Origin: Macrostomum lignano
Lineage: Eukaryota
Length of the DNA stretch: 64,000 nucleotides
NCBI GenBank assembly: GCA_002269645.1
Contig: NIVC01002651.1
Coordinates: forward strand, 8,482-72,481
Direction of reading: 5' to 3'
A program made the position numbers and the translations under genes. Within the stretch, counting starts at the first letter, position 1, and every line of letters begins with the position of its first letter. Shown here in pieces: positions 57,785 through 64,000 of the stretch. The notes below the pieces were generated by a model that saw only the letters and a program-made list of their open reading frames with translations, searched no databases and was not told where the DNA came from.

Positions 57785-58800
57785 GGATCATGCACCTGAA
57801 GGATCAAAGACCTGAAGGATCATGCACCTGAGTGAATAGACCTAAAGGATTATAGACCTGAAGGATCAGAGACCTGAAGAATAAGAGACCTAAAGGATCA
57901 GGGACCTGAAGGATCAGGGACCTGAAGGATCAGGGACCTGAAGGATCAGGGACCTGAAGGATCAGGGACCTGAAGGATCAGGGACCTGAAGGATCAGGGA
58001 CCTGAAGGATCAGGGACCTGAAGGATCAGGGACCTGAAGGATCAGGGACCTGAAGGATCAGGGACCTGAAGGATCAGGGACCTGAAGGATCAGGGACCTG
58101 AAGGATCAGGGACCTGAAGGATCAGGGACCTGAAGGATCAGGGACCTGAAGGATCAGGGACCTGAAGGATCAGGGACCTGAAGGATCAGGGACCTGAAGG
58201 ATCAGGGACCTGAAGGATCAGGGACCTGAAGGATCAGGGACCTGAAGGATCAGGGACCTGAAGGATCAGGGACCTGAAGGATCAGGGACCCGAAGGATCA
58301 GGGACCTGAAGGATCAGGGACCTGAAGGATCAGGGACCTGAAGGATCAGGGACCTGAAGGATCAGGGACCTGAAGGATCAGGGACCTGAAGGATCAGGGA
58401 CCTGAAGTATAAAGGAGCTGAAAGATCAGAAACCTGAAGGATCAGGGACCTGAAAGAATAAACGTGAAGTATTGGACCTGAAGGATCAGACCTGAAAGAT
58501 CAGAGGCCTGTAGGATCAGGGACTGAGAGACCTAAAGGATTAGACCTAAAGGATCATGCACCTGAAAGATCAGAGGCCTGTAGGATCAGGGACTGAGAGA
58601 CCTAAAGGATTAGACCTAAAGGATCATGCACCTGAAGGATCATGCACCTGAGTTATTAGACCTTAAGGATCAGAGACCTGAAGGATTAGACCTGAAGAGT
58701 CAGAGACCTGAACAATTAGAGACCTGAAGGATTAGACCTGAAGGATCATGCCCTTAAAGGATTAGACCTATAGGATCAAAGACCTTAATGATTAGAGACC
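57785..58800. repeat. 16-bp satellite
   Basis: GGGACCTGAAGGATCA; pure core ~57900-58405 with degenerate flanks. Confidence 0.97.
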
Positions 58801-59542
58801 TGATGACTCCAGATCATATAGTATATGCCAAAAATTTGGGTGTGCATTGGAATTGCATGCCAAAAGTTAGGCCTATATAGTTGGTGCATTACTCCTAAGA
58901 AAATAATATGCAAGCATACTAAGCATACACTTTGTAGTATCATGTGAAAGAGTTAGTATAAAGTGGAAAAAAGATTGAAAAGTTCATTTTTAATTGTAAA
59001 TTTCATATTTTCCAATTTTTAACCTTGTATTTGTAATAAAGCATTTAAACAAATTGTTGTGCATATATATTTCCCCTAAAGTAATAAAGGCAAGAATGAT
59101 AAATAATCAACCAAATTATCAATTAAAAAGGGTCTATTACGCAATTGCAAAAAAATCATTTTTGGTCACAATGTAAATAGGTCATTTATGATTTATTGTT
59201 GCAACACTGGCCTAGATTTGAGAGTGTAGACATGCACTTAGAATTTTTTGGCATTTATCCTTGATAGCTGTAATTAATAATTTAAATTGTAATTATTTAA
59301 TTTTTGCTTAGGTGTGCAGCCAGCATGATCCAGACTATGGACTAACTAAAATCACAGGCTAAGTATGCCCTAAAAGTATTTACACCACAAATACAAACTT
59401 AGATATCTAGAAAGTTTTATCATTATTTGAGTACAAGACCTTACTAAGCTGTTGGATTTAAATACCCCTTTATATAGATTCTAGGAAATGAATGTATTAT
59501 AAGTATAAGTATATTCTTATTATTTTAAATTATTATCAAAGA

Positions 59543-59980
59543 CAGCTGTTATTGTTACGGTGACCATTTAAAATAGGAAGACAGTTATTTTTACAGTCAA
59601 CACTTAAAAACAAATACATATAAATGAAGTGACAAACTGCTATCCAAATATTAAGATGGTTAATTAAAAAATAAAGAAATGTGTTATGAATAAATACAAT
59701 GGTAACTTCTTAGTGCGTTCTTGTCATGGTAGCTAGCTTTAGCTAATTGTTAACTATTACATTGTTATTAAACTGAAATTTCTTCCACATGATGATGACC
59801 ATTAAAAAATAGCCATTTTGCTTTTCTTACCTATTATGGTGAGGGTAAAAATAACAGTTTTGCTATTTATACAGTCACATTAAGTAAAGACCATAGGCCC
59901 AGATAGTGTCTTTTGCAGTAACCATAAAAATAACCATTTTATTATTTATATGGTCATGGTCACCGTAACAATAACAACTG
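59543..59980. mobile_element. 438-bp MITE-like element with 25-bp TIRs
   Basis: CAGCTGTTATTGTTACGGTGACCAT ... ATGGTCACCGTAACAATAACAACTG (1 mismatch); AT-rich interior. Confidence 0.7.
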
Positions 59981-62900
59981 CCATTATCAAAATATGGCTA
60001 GTATAGATATAGAAAACAATCTAATTAGAAACAATTTGTTTAACAGACGATTTGATATTAGTAGCTCAAAAGGAAAAGTGTTTTATCACTTCTATATAGT
60101 TTATTGAATCAAAAAGCTCTGATAAACCTCTTACAGTTTATCAAGACCTTAAGTGAACAATTTATACTGACCATTAATTTTTTTCTATAAGCAGACGGAA
60201 ATTAAAAGGAAATATATCAAAGCGAGAGTGAATCAGTGATAAATTATAATGTTAGTAAATTTCAGCAAAATAATTATTTTTGAATTTTAGAAGACAATGC
60301 CATCGGAAAATAAAGTCAGGCTAAAACAATTTTGAAAAAAATTAAGAATTTACTTCCTCATTTTAAATCTACTCAGCACAGTTTTGAACAAAAAAATTAA
60401 ATTAATAACGATGAAAGTAATAAAGAATTACTTTTTGTATTTTAAAAAAGCTAATTGGGCAAGATTTTGGTTTGTTTTTAAAACTTATATTAAAATATCG
60501 TTTTACCTGATGTCCAGTTCTACGAAAAGAAAGAATAATAGGGGCCTAATTTAAATTGGGGTCTCCCTGAAACTTCTCACTAAGTGAATATAGCTAAACT
60601 ATATGAAGTCATCAATAGCTATAACAGTTATGCAAACTAAAACAGATACATCAGCAGTTTAATAAATCCGGTTTTCAGTTGTTTATTCGTTTACTGTCTT
60701 TTTTAATTCCCTATTTAAATCGTCGTTAATCGCTAGACGTTAAGTTCGTTCGAAGTGTGTTTATGCTCGTTCTTCACGCTTTGAAATATCACGCGCAATT
60801 AAATCTACATCGTTACAACTCCACACATGGTTGTGGAAGCGAAGCTATAATAAAATTACAATCAACACTTGTACACATATAGCGTGCATTTAGATGCCAA
60901 TTATAGCGAGAAGTTGAATCCCTAAACGTGTATTTAATCCTATATTTTACATACTATTGATTGAGAAACAATTTACATGTATAAAAAACAATCGAATAAC
61001 AATTTTACAGCTTTGCGAAATCTTGCGATGACGAAGTGTCCAAAAACCATGGTCACTTCGTCATCTGGATGACGAACTGGTAAGATGACGAAGTGTCCAG
61101 GACTCGAAAATTTTGCTTAAGCTAACTCTTTCTTACTACTATTACTTAAACATTAATTATAATTAATTATAAAATCATTTAAATAAAAAATAAAACTTGT
61201 TTTTATAAAAGTGGTAACTTTGTCTATTTATTTGACCATGTTCCATCTTGTAATGTTGACAAATCAAGCATTGTCATCTTTTAATTTGATCTTTGAGCTT
61301 TGAGCTTTTGACCTACTTAGCCCTAAGTTTTAGTTTTAGTTTTACCTAAAACACTAAAATTTAGTTCTATTGAAACAATAACAAATGAAAATAATTCTCA
61401 TTTAAATTTGAATTAAAAATTAGCTAAACTTGCTTTTGCCTTTGTTTTTTTCCTTAGGGGGCCTACCTTTGTAGAAACTTCTCAAGTGATCTTAAGTTAA
61501 GATCTTAGATCTTAAGTAAAGATCTAGAAAATTTTTGAAAGGGAGGGAGGGGCAAGTAGTATCTACACTTTTCAATGCCTATGCTTTTTGGTGCCTAGCA
61601 ATTTGGTAGGGGTACCATCAAAACAGCCACATATAGAACAGCCACTTGACAGAATGGCCACATAAAACAAAAAATGTTGCAGGTCTATCACATTTTGTAC
61701 TATTAGGACACTATATATAATTAATAGAAGTTGAAAATGCTTAATTGAAGTTTGTAATTAACAAAAAGGGGGTGGAGCTACTATCTACTTTTGTGATCAA
61801 TTTAACTTTTGTGGTAAATTTATTTTGTGATACTTTGTAAATCATTTTAACATTTTTAAAATTAAACTTTCTTACTTGTAACATATGCTACAACTAAGAA
61901 AAAAGCAGTGGAATGAAGTATAAAAACTAGTGGTAAGGTATATTGCTCTGGCTTCTTAGCTTAGTGCTATAGAACTATATTTCATTGTTATGGCATTTGG
62001 TATAGATCCTATTCATTTCGTCAACTGCCATTTTGTTAACTGGACACATTGTCAACCTGTTCCCCATATTGGTTGTTTTGTCAACCAACCAATAAGATAC
62101 TTTTAAAGCTTGGTTATTTCATCAACTATTCAATGGGACAATGTCAACTTTTGGTCACTTCCTCAATTGCCAATAATACATGCCTGCATGAAACTTTTTC
62201 CCTTCCGACTTATATTCTTAGAGGCTGCAATGATTGACACAGTATCTCTAAAACTACATGTTGTTTTAGTCTTTAAAACCACAACCACTGTATTCAGTTG
62301 CATGTTTATTCAATGCAGTCCTCTTCCTTTCTTAATGCAGTCCTCTTCCTTTCTTAATGCAGCCCTCTCAGGCTTGGGACCAGACAATGGCAGAGTTACT
62401 GCCACAAAAATGCAGTTTGCATGGTAAAAAAAAGAATAATGCATTGCACAAAATCACAAAAAGCACAAAGGCCACCACAAAGGTCACAATCAAATATAAA
62501 GCTGAAGATATGCACAGAATGTACAGTTATTTATAGGATTTATTTTGCTGTCTATTTGTTATTTGTAAAGAACAAGGATTCTATCCAAATGCCCCCCCCC
62601 ATTGGGGGGCAAAGATTGTTAGTAACTTACCAAGAGAAACCAAGTAAAATGAAATAAGATATATTTATATATATATATAGTGTTAAAAAAGGCCATAACC
62701 CTCTCTAATCTTGGCAATATCTAAATTGAATAGTTAGATAACTAAAATATTTATAGGAAGAGATGAGATGAGATAAGATAGAAGTCACAATAAATAATAA
62801 TGCTAATAGGTAACAAGTTAGAAACACCAAAAACGTATTCTCAGACTAATATTTAGACTTAGTGTATGTAATAATTATCTCAAAATTTAATCTAAAGAAT

Positions 62901-63374
62901 TGAGGTTAAAAAATCTATGCTTAGACTAGTCTTGTAACAACTTCAAGGGTATTTAGTGAATTAGTCATGAGCCTACTGTAGAAAATTTTTGTGTTAGCAA
63001 AAGGACATAAGAATTTATCAAAAGACTAAAAGACAAGACAAATAGCTATTATAACTTTGGTATCAGCTTTAAGGTAGAATTAAAAGTCTCTTAGATGTAT
63101 TAGAAATCTCTTAGAAAACTGAAGTCTAGGCAATAAAGTTTTTGCAAGCTCTTTATTCTGTTAATTATGTAAATTAGGATAGATATTTGTGCAAAATCTA
63201 CCCAATATAATACTACATAAATTACAGCTTGGATCTTTGATTAGATCCAATGTTAAGCATAAAACATTAAATTTACCCAACTGGATTTTGATTGTGACAA
63301 TGACTTTAACTATATATATGCATACAAAAATATTTACCTTCAGTCTACCTCACTGCAACTGCCCTCAACAACAG

Positions 63375-64000
63375 ATGAGGAGGCATCAGCCTCCGCCTAT
63401 GCCAAATTTCTAATCATAGCCGATAATATCAAGCGTACCACGCGTACTGGCTGGCAGCTTCGAGGCCTGAACAATGTGGAAACTGTTGCCAGCCACATGT
63501 GGTCCATGGCTGCTGAAGCTGCAGTCCGCTTGCCAGCCTGGCCCGGCTGCTCCGGAGCCAACCAGGACCGCCTAGTAGAGCTCTGCATTGTACACGATCT
63601 GGCCGAAGCTGTTGTAGGCGACCTGACGCCACACTGCGGTGTGCCGCCGGACGAGAAGCTCAGACGCGAACAGGCCGCACTGAATAGCATGGCCGCCAAT
63701 TTGAGCCGGGAGTCATCGGCTAAGCTAATTAGCCTGTTCGCTGAGTACAATGCTCAGGCTACAGTAGAGGCCCGTCTAGCTAAAGAATTAGATAGATTAG
63801 ACATGTGCTGCCAGGCGGCTTATTACCAATTGACCCGGCCAAACTGTCCGAATCTGTCCGAGTTCACCCGATCCTGTCTGTCAAAAACCAGCATTAGCGG
63901 TGTGTCCAGTCGAATTCGTTCGGCAAATGTTTTTGTTGAATCCGCCAAGTCTAGCGAGACTGACAGTGCTGAGATTCCATTCAAACAGTTGACTCTGTTC
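63375..64000 (+). CDS. HDDC2: HD-domain 5'-deoxynucleotidase, HDDC2/YfbR-like (partial exon, runs off the window end)
   Basis: After acceptor CAACAG the frame reads ..IKRTTRTGWQLRGLNNVETVASHMWSM..LCIVHDLAEAVVGDLTPHCGVPPDEKLRREQ..EYNAQATVEARLAKELDRLDMCCQAAYY..; open to 64000. Not in the ORF track. Confidence 0.85.

Overview
Eukaryotic (animal) genomic DNA with GC-rich exons and introns packed with micro- and minisatellites. The style suggests a free-living flatworm such as Macrostomum, but this is inference only. About 1-32 kb is a tandem array of three 12-exon ionotropic glutamate receptor (iGluR/IR-like) paralogs of ~866 aa with a full ATD, S1, M1-P-M3, S2 and M4; copy 1 lacks exon 1, which lies upstream of the window. 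The copies are separated by long (TTAG)n tracts, and the second tract carries a decayed BEL/Pao LTR retrotransposon with a 5-bp TSD. The paralogs are mosaics: near-identical blocks alternate sharply with strongly diverged blocks, and all three end in a CaaX-like tetrapeptide (CVLF, CVLF, CIIF). Downstream are a 3-exon BAMBI-like TGF-beta pseudoreceptor (+), a 10-exon CUB-CUB-CUB-LDLa-TM gene ending in a PDZ-type motif (-), an intronless invertebrate claudin (-) and a partial HDDC2-like HD-domain exon (+). Also present are two tRNA-derived SINE families (one with a CORE/MIR-like domain), several MITE-like inverted-repeat elements and many intron-private tandem repeats. Gene models were built by hand from splice sites and reading-frame phase; no database search was run.
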